The notes under the pieces are model-generated. The model did no database searches. It was not told where the DNA came from and was given only the letters and a program-made list of their open reading frames with translations. A DNA stretch of 26,400 bases, taken from contig NW_021836733.1 in NCBI RefSeq assembly GCF_006345805.1, positions 1 to 26,400 of the forward strand, read 5' to 3'. The translations under genes and the position numbers were made by a program. The stretch is from Octopus sinensis (Eukaryota). Below, piece after piece: positions 10,460 to 20,555 of this stretch. The first letter of the stretch is position 1. Each line of letters starts with the position of its first letter.

Positions 10460-10662
10460 AACGTGGTCGCTCGATCTGTTAAAAATAGCAGCCAAATATC
10501 TCAAATCACAACCTACTTATGTAAAATAAAAGCGGTGAGAGAGACAATGGATAATGTCATACCTGATATACGCTGCACAAGAAAAAAAAAACGACAGTAT
10601 GGTCACGATTGGAGACTCTTTGATCATTAGTTTGCTGGATCAAGACTGACCTAGAGATAAAA
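10460..10662 (+). repeat. Old unclassified interspersed repeat (family F), representative copy
   Basis: tcgatctgttaaaaatagcagccaaat...tttgatcattagtttgctggatcaagactgacc; related motifs near 2940, 7850, 11080, 11270-11415, 13028-13400, 23655-23810, 25445-25615 and 26080. Confidence 0.6.
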
Positions 10663-11640
10663 AAAAAATTATTATCACTATCACCCCAATACCACGCTGC
10701 TATCATCACCTCCACCATTACCCATACTATTGCCACCCGGGATAAAGAATGGGCGCCAATACTTCTGGACATGCTGAACATTCCAGCGGAGTTGAACTAA
10801 ATTACTTTAAGGGAGTATAACTACTTCTTGTGACCTTTTCAAATTGTTTCATACTGTGGAGTACCTGTTTGTCAGTCCACATTTCTGTCTGTCTGCCTGC
10901 CTGCCTGTCTGTTTGTCTGTCGACTGCAGTAAGTACACACTTATGCATGCACACATATACACACAGACACGTACGTTCACGAACTGTAGTTGTACAATGA
11001 TGGTGAATGAGCCTTGCGCATTGACCATATGAATGGCTTTCTTTTGAATGTGGTCAAGAATGTTATTGTTGCTGTTGATGTTGTTTAGTTCCCTTTCAGC
11101 CGTGACAGAACAGGCCTGCTATCAAAGACATTCTAGCCATGACTATTCCGGACTACATTATCAAATGTGTCCTCTAACTTTTTTAAAGCTTGTATGGTGA
11201 GAGCCGAAGGCGGTTTAAATGCCTTTTCTAACCCAGAGTGAGGATTCCCTGGTTGATTCGCGGTCTAAGATGTTGGTTGGTTAGCCCCAAACCAGCTCCT
11301 GTTGAGTATTCCTCTGATCAAAAAAAAAAAAAAAAAAATCCACATCTGATCGCCTTGTCTTTACAAAGAGTAATGTGTGATTTAAGGATTTATTTGGCTG
11401 GTTGCTGTTTCTAGAGGAAGAACCATGGATTCTAAAGAGTTACAAATCAGTACTGTAAACCAACGAAGCACATGTCTAATTTATAGTGAAGCCATCACTT
11501 AAAACAATAATACTTATATACATATGTGTGGACTGAACAGTTAATTCAGAACGCACATTGTGTTATTTACATGGTTTGGTTTGGTGTGTATATAATATTT
11601 ATGATTACAGTATTACAGATTAACGAGGAGGATCATATTA

Positions 11641-11690
<50 letters not shown>

Positions 11691-11692
<2 letters not shown>

Positions 11693-11836
11693 CATAATCC
11701 AACATAAACAACCAGAAAAAACAACAACGCAAGGACGTGGAATATACAGTGTCATTTCACGTTTCGAGCGGAGAGCTCTCCATCAAAAAATATAGAAAAA
11801 GTCCAAAGAACGGAAGATGGTGAGAAGAAAATCGCC
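11691..11836 (-). mobile_element. Short non-coding element with a decayed hammerhead motif, embedded in (TA)n
   Basis: Minus strand ttt-TTGATGG-a-gagc-tctcc-gctc-GAAACGTG-aaa (11755-11789); homologous to 11985-12188. Confidence 0.65.
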
Positions 11837-11984
11837 ATATATATATATAATATATATATATATTATATATATAATATATATAATATATATATATATAGAT
11901 CATATTATATATATAATATATAGATATATTATAGATATAATATATATAATATATATGTGTGTGGTGTATGTATAATATATATGT

Positions 11985-12188
11985 GTGGATTGTTGAGATT
12001 TTTTCCTCCTTCTTTCTTTTTTTTTGACGCTCCTCTGTCTCCTGTTTCTGAAGATGAGCTTTGCTCGAAACGTAAAACACCCTTCCTTTCCTTCCCTAAG
12101 CGTCTTTTAATACTTTGCATGCACCATGTCGAAGCGTCGTCGTTTTTCCTTGTCTTTTTCCTGTTTTTTTTAAAAAAAGAAGTTAACT
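11985..12188 (+). mobile_element. Short non-coding hammerhead-containing element (PLE terminal repeat or retrozyme-like)
   Basis: About 200 bp of unique sequence between microsatellites, contains an intact hammerhead core, homologous to the inverted neighbour at 11691-11836. Confidence 0.7.
12043..12079 (+). ncRNA. Minimal type I hammerhead ribozyme motif
   Basis: tgttt-CTGAAGA-t-gagc-ttt-gctc-GAAACGTA-aaaca: 5-bp stem I, 4-bp stem II, palindromic ACGT at stem III; predicted cleavage after A12074. Confidence 0.8.
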
Positions 12189-12208
12189 ATATATACACAC
12201 ACACAAAG

Positions 12209-12210
12209 TA

Positions 12211-12303
<93 letters not shown>

Positions 12304-12306
12304 CTA
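12209..12306. repeat. (TATC)n microsatellite
   Basis: Direct reading. Confidence 0.98.
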
Positions 12307-13114
12307 TTTATCTAACGCTCTGTCTCTACATATGTCTTTAAACGTTTCTCTGTTGATATCTATTTCGTTCTATATGTATGCCTATTTTTATGTCCGTTTT
12401 CCTACCTCTCAATCGATTGCTGTAAATACACGCAGACACATTCACAGAGTCTTACACACACATGTGCAGAAAGGCTCACACATTTGCATATGCTTTCAAA
12501 GACATGTAGCAGTTGCACACATTCACACACTCACATAAACACAGTTATGCAAGACTATTAAGATTTTGCTTGAATGCATCAGCAAAGTCATTAAGGAAAT
12601 CTTCCAGCAACTGAAGTAATCATGTGTGTTTAGCTCGTCCCTTACATCATTGAAAATAAATTCCAGTAAAAGATTGATGCAATGACACGCTTAATTTCCC
12701 TTGAGAATATGAGTGAACCGGAAGTTAGAACCAGGGATTAGTAACCAGAATGATGCAATTAAAGACAGGAAGGAAAGTTGAAGATTAACAACGAATAAGG
12801 TTGAGTCTAATATGACGAGTTCACACTGCTTTAAGTTTAAACAGGAATACAAGGTTTAATATATATAAAAAGAGAAGGCTTGGTAAAGAGTTAGGAATTA
12901 TTATAAAGAAGCTTGAGACCTTGAATTAGGTTACAAACTGAAATAAATTTTATTGATGGAGTCAATTCAGTGAGAATTATCAAAGTTTAGACTCAAACTG
13001 GCTAGTGTATATAGGAATATTGCAAAGTGGACCTGCTAGAAATCGCAGCTAAATCTCCCATATATGTAGGTCTAACCGTTTTAAACAAGGCAGAACATAT
13101 TGGCCAGTGTATTC

Positions 13115-13260
13115 TTTCTTGTCTTGTCTTGAGACAGCATTCACCCGGGGTGGATTGAGCTGGCTTCATTCATCCTCAATGCTGCATCTCTCACAAACGC
13201 CGACCAGACCTGGCGATTTGAGGCTAACGACCGTGTGATCTCCAGCCACTCCTTATTCCT
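13115..13260 (-). mobile_element. RTE-like LINE 3' end fragment inserted in a family F copy
   Basis: Minus strand RNKEWLEITRSLASNRQVWSAFVRDAALRMNEASSIHPG* followed by a (caaga)n tail. Confidence 0.6.
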
Positions 13261-13419
13261 AGATATGCTATGTCTGAAATTAAAACAGTATGGTAACGAG
13301 TGAAATACTTTGTCTGAAATTAAAACAGTATGGTCATGAGCGGAACGTCTTTAATCATAGATATATGGGTTCAATAAAGACAAAGGGTTAGAAAGCAACA
13401 ATATGACACTAGCATTCTG

Positions 13420-14440
13420 AAAGAAAGATGGAGTAAAAGAGCTCCGTTAACATACATGACGTGCCCTGAGCGAAATCACTGATCCAAGAGATGAGGACCG
13501 GAAGGAGCTTATATACAGGCAGTTTTACAAAGAGTTTTACATGTCAGACACTGTAGGAAGCTTTGCTAACGTCGAGCGGGGCACTGTTTTCACGAAATTT
13601 CTCAAGAGAGAGATCTCAGAGGCAAGTTACATGGGAGAGCAGGTCTCCAGCAGACTTGGCTTTACAGAAGTCACATTGGCGGTTGTTCAGAAGGGAGAAA
13701 GTTTCAAAATTTTAGTGTTATAAATGTCCAACTCACTCGCTTTTGAGATACTATAAGTATGGTAGACGATAGTTGGTAGAAGCATGGGAGAATGGGACTA
13801 AATAGAGGATAATCTCGGGGGAAGGAGGAAGGAAAGAAAGAAAAGAGAGAAAGAGAGAGAGAGAGAAAGAAAGGAAGAAAGAGAACGTATAAGACTTAAA
13901 CGTTGGATGAAGGGAAGGCAATAAGGATAGCTCAGGAGCGTTTGTTTGATTGAAGGGGATGGAACATTTTCAGGATATTGTTAGGTTAAGTAGAATGAGA
14001 TATTTTTTGAGGAAATTTCTCTAGTGCATGAAGTATGGAGTTGGACGAAAAATGGGCAGAAAAAGTAAACTTTTCTCCGCGGGAATACAGCGGACTGTTA
14101 CATCGTCGTTGAGATGCGGAAGGAAGTTTCTGCGTAGCTGGTAGAACATTGTTTGGAAAACAAACACAAAAAATTGTTTTCTGCTTGGAAGGTGAGATGC
14201 TATCAACTGAAGTATCCTTTGCAGTTCAGACAATGGCTTGCAGGAATTGATCGACTAGGTAAAAACAAAAACAAAACACTTCAGGCAAAAATAACGGCCT
14301 CCATCGATTTACGAAGCGTTCTAGAGGTTGTACTATGTTTAAACTGCTGCAACGCGTCTATAAGTGAACCACTTGGGAGACTGAGGGCGTAAGTTATTCT
14401 TGCGTCTGTGATTTCGCATGCATTCCAAAAACGATGGTTT
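13420..14440 (-). mobile_element. Decayed LINE ORF2 (tether and RT N-terminal half), CR1/L2/Jockey-like
   Basis: Minus strand RPQSPKWF, PAEKSLLF, FSSNSIL, APELS, STNYR, LLNNRQCDFCKAKSAGDLL, LDVSKASYSV*H..LFVKLP, LISWISDF, matching QYGFR..RSTGDLL and LDISKAFDRVWH motifs in the expected order. Confidence 0.85.
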
Positions 14441-14571
14441 TAATCACACATATAACTGTTGTTGATTTACAATAAAAATTTCTTGAGCCCCTAAGACTTA
14501 TAAAGCTGGCTATCCCGTTTCTATGAGGTATCAGTGATCGAAATCACAGCATTCCACTGAACGGGACTAGC

Positions 14572-15210
14572 AATTTTAATGGGAGGGGATAGATCAATTA
14601 CATCGACCCCAGTGCTCGACTGCTACTTATTTTATTGACCTTGAGAGAATGAAAAGCAAAGTCGACCATAGCGTCATTTGAACTTAGAACATAAAGACAG
14701 AAGAAATCCCGCTAAGCACTTTTGTCAGACGCAGTAACGATTCTGCCAGCTCACCGCTTTGTGTTGTCTTCTAATATTCTTTTCTACTCTAGGCGCGAAA
14801 TATTTGGGGAGGGGACCAGTCGATTAGATCAATCACAGTATGCAACTGGTACTTAATTTATCGATCCCGAAAGGATGAAAAGCAAATTCGACCTCGGCGG
14901 AATTTGAACTCAGAACGTAAAGACGGACGAAATACCGCTAAGCATTTCAACCGGTGAACTAACGTTTCTTATTTCTTTATTGCCCACAAGGAGCTAAACA
15001 TAGAGGGGACAAACAAGGACATACAAAGGGAGTAAGTCGATTACATCGACCCCAGTGCGTAACTGGTACTTAATTTATCAGCTCCGAAAGGATGAAAGGC
15101 AAAGTCGACCTCGGCGACCTCGGCGGAATTTGAACTTAGAACATAACGGCAGACGAAATACGGCTACGCATTTCGCCCGGCGTTTTAACATTTCTGCCAG
15201 CTCGCCGCCT
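14572..15210 (-). mobile_element. Three head-to-tail SINE family A copies (14572-14760, 14775-14969, 14970-15210)
   Basis: Three successive gatgaaa.gcaaa.tcgacc...tttgaact.agaac blocks. Confidence 0.92.
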
Positions 15211-15399
15211 TGATATTGGTAAACGATTGTGTAGAACATGCGATGAGTGAGTTGTATGAACTGGATGCGAATATGTGGGTTGTATGTGGTGTGCAGTGTG
15301 TTATAGTTTAGGTTGGTGATTGCATAGAATGTCTAAAGTAACTTCCGCTAAAGTATTGGTTGACGTGTAATTATAAGTTGTGCTCTACCATCGCACCGA

Positions 15400-15518
15400 T
15401 TTTGCTTTTCTTCCTGAACAGAGAGATAAAATAAATGCTAGTTGAGTACTGGAGTTGATGTAATCAACTTCCTTCTCCTCTCAAAATTGCTGGCTTTGTG
15501 TCAAAATTAGAATTATTA
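15400..15518 (+). mobile_element. Old SINE family A 3' fragment
   Basis: gataaaataaatgctagttgagtactggagttgatgtaatcaact...ttgtgtcaaaattagaa. Confidence 0.55.
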
Positions 15519-15736
15519 TGTTGTTGAGCTGTGTTGTAGTATGGGCTCGTGATTATGTAGGGTTGTGAGTTGTGTTATAGTATTGGAATGCATATTATGA
15601 GTTGTGTAAGTTGTGTTGTAGTATTTGTGGTTGATGGTGAAGAATATCCATCACGGGAATTGTATTATTGTCTTAGGTGGTGAACATGTAGAATATTTGC
15701 CGTGCAAGTAGTACTATTGAATTAAACATGTATTCA

Positions 15737-15973
15737 TTATATTTCTTTACTACCCACAAGGGGCTAAACATAGAGGGGACAAACAAGGACAGACAAAGAG
15801 ATTAAGTCGATTACATCGACCCCAGTGCGAAACTGGTACTTTATTTATCGACCCCGAAAGGATGAAAGGCAATGTCGACCTCGGCGGAATTTGAACTCAG
15901 AACGTAACGACAGACGAAATACCGCTAAGCATTTCACCCGGTGCGCTAACGTTTCTGCCAGTTCACCGCCTTC
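15737..15973 (-). mobile_element. SINE family A, full-length, with 16-bp target-site duplication
   Basis: attaaacatgtattca at 15721-15736 and 15974-15989. Confidence 0.95.
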
Positions 15974-16821
15974 ATTAAACATGTATTCAATAGAACATGT
16001 GATGGGGCTTGTAAGTACATTCTGTTTTCGGGCTATACTTTGATTTTTATCTTTTTTGTCCTTGCTTCCATTTTTAATTAATCCCACTGAGCTAATTATT
16101 CTTGCTAACAATTCTAATTTCACACATGTCTTACTTATTGCGATTTTGAGGTCTTTAATAGTTTTTTTACTTCCTTCTGAGTGACGTTTTAGATGGAATA
16201 TGTTGAGATGTCTATCTGAGTGTATTGAATATTCCCTAGTGTCTTTCATAGCGATATCTGGCAATGTAGCTTTGATCTCTTTTACCGCGTTGATCTCCGT
16301 CTTTTGATCTCCTTTTGATATATTTGTTTTGACGTTCTGCTTAGATTTTATCATTTGTTGTTTACTTAATTTGAGTTTTTTTTAATTCTTACCCGAACCT
16401 CTCCTTTGTTGTAATTAGTTTCTTGTTTATAATTTCTTGTTCAATCATTTATATATATATAAAAAAAAACAATTTTTCGTTTTCCATTTTAAAGTAAGTT
16501 TACTTCTTTTTTTGTTTTAAAATATTTTCCTTTAACTAATGTGATTACTTTGTCATAATTCTTTGTATGAGATCTCTCTCTATTTGTTGGTCCAGTAGGA
16601 ATATGAGTTCTATATCAAACTTAACATAATGGGCTTTATAGTTTTATAGTTTTTCTATTTAAAATGTTCACTACACTTCCAATTTGTTTATATTAATGCT
16701 AAAAATTAAAACTTAGATCACTACCGTATTTCTAAACTTGAATCCAGTTTTAACAATAGTCTACTTCTTATAGTACATTTTCCTTATTTTTCTCCTTCAT
16801 ATTTGACTATTGTATCTTAAA

Positions 16822-17346
16822 GAGGTTCATCTCTCAATAAGTACCTGTAAAGACTGATCTTTTGTAATTGCTTATTCCAGTGTCTGAATCTTCGCTACAT
16901 CGAAGAGGCCAGGGAACAGAAGAAAGAAGAAAGAAGACATGCACTCAACACCAGAGATGAAGACACCTCCGAAAGGGGGGGGGATCAAAACAGTAGAGGA
17001 GTAGGGGCCGAAACCGGACGGGGTTCCTCCTGATGATGTCTTGAGCTAACTGGATCCTATAAAGGAGCTGTTGTGGTAGCAGACCACAAAACATGGTTGA
17101 AATTCCTTACTTCTCAGTTTTAAAATATGTCCTTTTACTTAGAGTAGCTTTGGTTGATTTGTCTAGGCGATACCATTTTATATATCTGAAAGAGGTTCAT
17201 CTCTCCGTAAGTACCTGTAAAGACGGGTCTTTTGTAATTGCTTATTTCAGTGTCTGAATTTAATTTAATGTCTTCAGTTTTAAAATATGTCCTTCTACTT
17301 AGAATAGCTTTGGTAGATTTTCCTAGGCAATACCATTTTATATATC
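16822..17346. repeat. About 160-bp tandem duplication, first unit interrupted by a ~220-bp insert (16890-17110)
   Basis: gaggttcatctctc..taagtacctgtaaagac at 16822 and 17192; taaaatatgtcctt at 17121 and 17281. Confidence 0.85.
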
Positions 17347-18040
17347 CAGCTGAATTCATAAACAATGTTTCGTAAGTTATCCATTTAAGTATTGTCCATC
17401 GTAAACAGTTTAAACTTTGTTTATAACATTTATACCTATTGATGGTTTTCATTCAGAAGACAGAATAATGATTTTCTTGAAAATCCCCTCTTTTAATGGT
17501 CATTGGATTGGCATTAATAACCTCATTACATCGCACTGATATTGTTACTTTCACTTTCATGTGCCATGTACCATATAGCTAATGTACATATTAATCGGTT
17601 TCTCCTAATATCTGAGAGTGTGGTAAGCTTTTCGTAATCAATGTATTTCATAAAAGTTTTGTTTTCTCATCTAACCGTCTATAAAAATTTCCCGATTTAC
17701 ACCTATTGTTCTTTTGAGCCATTTATCCCATTTTCATACCAATTCTGCTTCCACGGCAAGATATTATCAATCAGTCGGTTATAAAATACTATAAGTCGAT
17801 AGTTTTGGGAGATCTCTGGTTTTTATAGTCTTTACTGCGTTGCTGAATATTCCTCCCTGGCTATAGAGGATCACGCCAGCAGTGTTATTACATATTTCTA
17901 ATGCATTCCATTCTAATCCATTGTATTTCTTACAGGACTGAGTGTCGTCGTTCTATATCCTTCATCCCAGTATGCTGGGAGTTTTCTAGATTTTAGCTTA
18001 TTATTTAGTATTTTATATTTTTTAAATATTTTTTCTTAAT

Positions 18041-18170
18041 ATAGAGGTACATTGCCTAGTGTTTAGAGCAGAGGACGGTCGAGGGATCGCGGGTTCGAAT
18101 CTCACACCGGGCGATGTGTGTTTATGAGCGAAACACCTAAACTCCACGCGGCTCCGGCAGAGGTAATAGC
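18041..18170 (+). mobile_element. SINE family D 5' fragment
   Basis: B box ggttcgaatct, then ccgggcgatgtgtgtttatgagcgaaacacctaa, as in 23405-23648. Confidence 0.85.
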
Positions 18171-18173
18171 TTA

Positions 18174-18347
18174 GGCGTAGGAGTGGCTAGGCGTAGAAGT
18201 GGCTGTGTGGTAAGTAGCTTGCTTACAACCACATGGTTCCGGGTTCAGTCTCACTGCGTGGCACCTTGGACAAGTGTCTTCTACTATAGCCTCGGGCCGA
18301 CCAAAGCCTTGTGAGTGGATTTCGTAGTCGGAAACTGAAAGAAGCCC

Positions 18348-18349
<2 letters not shown>
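18174..18349 (+). mobile_element. SINE family B head, running into (TA)n
   Basis: ggcgtaggagtggct...ggttccgggttcagtc...gaaactgaaagaagcccgt. Confidence 0.9.
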
Positions 18350-18389
<40 letters not shown>

Positions 18390-18482
18390 ATAAATATAAA
18401 TAAAAATAACATACATAAAACATGTGCATATATACGTACATATGTACGTACCTACCTCTACATGTATATATACATGCATATA

Positions 18483-18667
18483 TGGGTACAGGACACCAAA
18501 AAAAAAAAAAACGTCGAACACAATGAGAAACGAAAACATAAACACAAAACCAAGGAAATGGACATTTTTCTTAAACAACGAAAAAATAGAGCACAGGACA
18601 TACAAAACAAGGAAAATTCCCCTTCTTCAGTCGCCTTTGTTTCATCTACTCCACGTTTCGAGGGTCT
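18483..18667 (-). mobile_element. Short unclassified element in TA-rich context, possibly a PLE terminal repeat
   Basis: T-rich minus strand with cGAAACGTG and CTGAAGA half-motifs; composition like 11985-12188. Confidence 0.35.
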
Positions 18668-19049
18668 ATATATTGTTTTAATTATAATCCACTGATGAGT
18701 ACAAAAATACATTACATGATAATAATATGCATTATTTCTTTGATGATATCATGGACTTTTTGACAGAAAGAGCTGTCTGGGATAATTGAATAAATGAATA
18801 ATCCATCATTAACAATAAAATCTGGTCCATTTCATTTTATTTGATGACATTTATTGAACTCCGTTTAATCAATTAATTCTTATAATGATCATTTGCTTAC
18901 ATATATTCATACGGATATGAAATTCGTAAATAACGTTTGATAAAAAGACATTGGAAACCTAGGGAATAATTCCTTTGGCAGAGAAAGTAAATTTTTATCC
19001 GGATAAATGTAATATAAAATAAAATAAAATAAAATAATATATAAATATT

Positions 19050-19500
19050 TAAGGTAAAGTAGAAAATGCTAAAATGATTTTATCATGAAATACATTTTGT
19101 AATGGTTAGTTCCGGTTTCTGCCTTTTCGACTTTTTAAACTAAGAGTAAAACAAAAGTGGATATTAATTAAGGAGAAAAACAATTAAATTGAAGGAAAAA
19201 TTTAAATGAAATGTTTTGTAATTATTTCCGTCGTCTTCAAATAGGTAGGACATTTTCCTTTTTTCCGTCTCTCTCTCTCTCTCTCTCTTTTCCTTTGTGA
19301 AGGCTCATAGGTTGGTTGTAGTAGATCTGAAAAATTGTATTTATGGGTGCAGAGATATATTTGGTTCTGAAGTTTGAAGGTTTAAGCAGCAGCCCGAAGA
19401 AGGAGAAAGTGAAGAAGAAGGAGGGGAAGGAGAAGAGGAAGACGGGGAAGAAGAAGAAGGAAACGAAGAAGAAGAAGAAGAAGAAGAAGAAGAAGAAGAA
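19050..19500 (-). mobile_element. Decayed 3' end of a PLE related to 5107-7225
   Basis: tagaaaatgctaaaat...tttat...ccggtttc...ctttt.aact shared with 5123-5192; also followed by a (GAA)n tract. Confidence 0.6.
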
Positions 19501-19559
19501 TACCACAGTTTTCTGGCTTTCCACAGTATATCCTCGTTAAGAAATATATACAGAATATC

Positions 19560-19984
19560 GGTCGCATGCCTAAAGACATCGTGTACAGCGAACTCACCAC
19601 GGGATCCCGAACCCCAGGGACGTCACAGCTACGATACAGGGATGTGTGCAAGCGCGACCTGAGGACTGCCAACATCTTGTGTGGACACGTGGGAGGTAAC
19701 AGCTGCTGACCGCTCTGCCTGGCGTCGGACAGTGAGGGAACAGAGGCGGTTCCATGGCTGAGGAAAGGAGAGCACAGCTGTGGTCGGACAGGCGGGACAG
19801 GAGGAGGACAACTGCAGCAACACCCCACACGTACCCATCGATGTTCGTGTGCAGCAACTGTACCAGGGACTGCCACTCTAGAATTGGACTGTTCAGTCAC
19901 AGCAGACGCTGCTCATCATCAAAGTAGGCCCCACCCTTGGCGCGACCCATTGTCTATCAAGACAGACGGGAGAAAAGAAGAAGA
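19560..19984 (+). mobile_element. RTE-clade LINE 3' end
   Basis: GRMPKDIVYSELTTGSR...LRYRDVCKRDL, WEVTAADRSAWR, FVCSNCTRDCHSRIGLFSHSRRC, stop at 19925-19927, short 3' UTR and (GAA) tail. Confidence 0.92.
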
Positions 19985-20140
19985 TATATATATAGTGATG
20001 CATATAACTCGCTCTGAGATTTATCATTGTTATATATATATATATATATATAAATACACACACACACATATCCATATGTATATATATATATATATTTATG
20101 TATGTATGCATGTATGTATATATGCATATATGTATATACA

Positions 20141-20555
20141 GGCATGGCGGTGTCGTAAGAAAATTACTTCACAGCCACATGGTTCCAGGTTCAGTACCAC
20201 TGCGAGACATCTTGGGTATCTTCTACTATAACCTTGGGCGGACCAAAGTCTTGGGAGTGGATTTGATCGATGAAAACTGAAAGAAGCCCATCGCATACAT
20301 ACATTTAAGTATATATCTATGAGTGTGTGTGCCTTTGTGTCTGTGTCAGTCTCCCAAGATCGCTTGATAATTACTGTTGGTGTGTTTACGTCCACGTAAC
20401 TTAGCGGTTCGACTAAGAGGCCGATAGAATAAGTACTGGGCTTCAAAAAAATAATTCCTGGGGTCAATTTGTTCAAAAAAAATCTTCGAAGATGGTGCCC
20501 CAGCATGGCCGCATTCAAATGACTGAAGCAAGTGAAAGATAAAAGATAAAAGATA
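20141..20555 (+). mobile_element. SINE family B, full-length diverged copy
   Basis: Head, short TA/TG linker and tail are contiguous, ending in (aaagat)n. Confidence 0.9.

Larger units (their letters stand above)
15665..18000 (-). mobile_element. Decayed R4/Dong-clade non-LTR retrotransposon (RT plus restriction-like endonuclease)
   Basis: Minus strand, in order: QNYRLI, NILPWKQ, MKYIDYEK, NPMTIKRGDFQE, LYRYL..DE, SNMKEK, LNRKTIKL, then KEIKATLPDIAMKD, KDLKIAISK, IISSVGLIK (ORF 15845..16354) and TANIL; these parallel R4/Dong motifs NYRPI, WIDYKKA, IKRGIFQG, YKYLG, MKEK, DRKTRK, ANRPDI, YKDL, IIGALG, GTAHIL. Confidence 0.8.

Noticed and set aside
11957-12538. 193-aa ORF
   Set aside because: Runs through a repeat element and (TATC)n, giving LSIY repeats; not protein-like
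12620-12860. Possible C-terminal continuation of the 13420-14440 LINE
   Set aside because: Only vague similarity on manual translation; not supportable without an alignment
13271-13350. Two 24-bp direct repeats at 40-bp spacing, superficially CRISPR-like
   Set aside because: Only two units, the spacers are related, eukaryotic context; a simple tandem duplication
18691-18712. CTGATGAG hammerhead-like core (also cctgatgaa at 2222)
   Set aside because: No stem II followed by GAAA
19382-19900. 172-aa minus-strand ORF
   Set aside because: Antisense to the RTE fragment, whose motifs are on the plus strand
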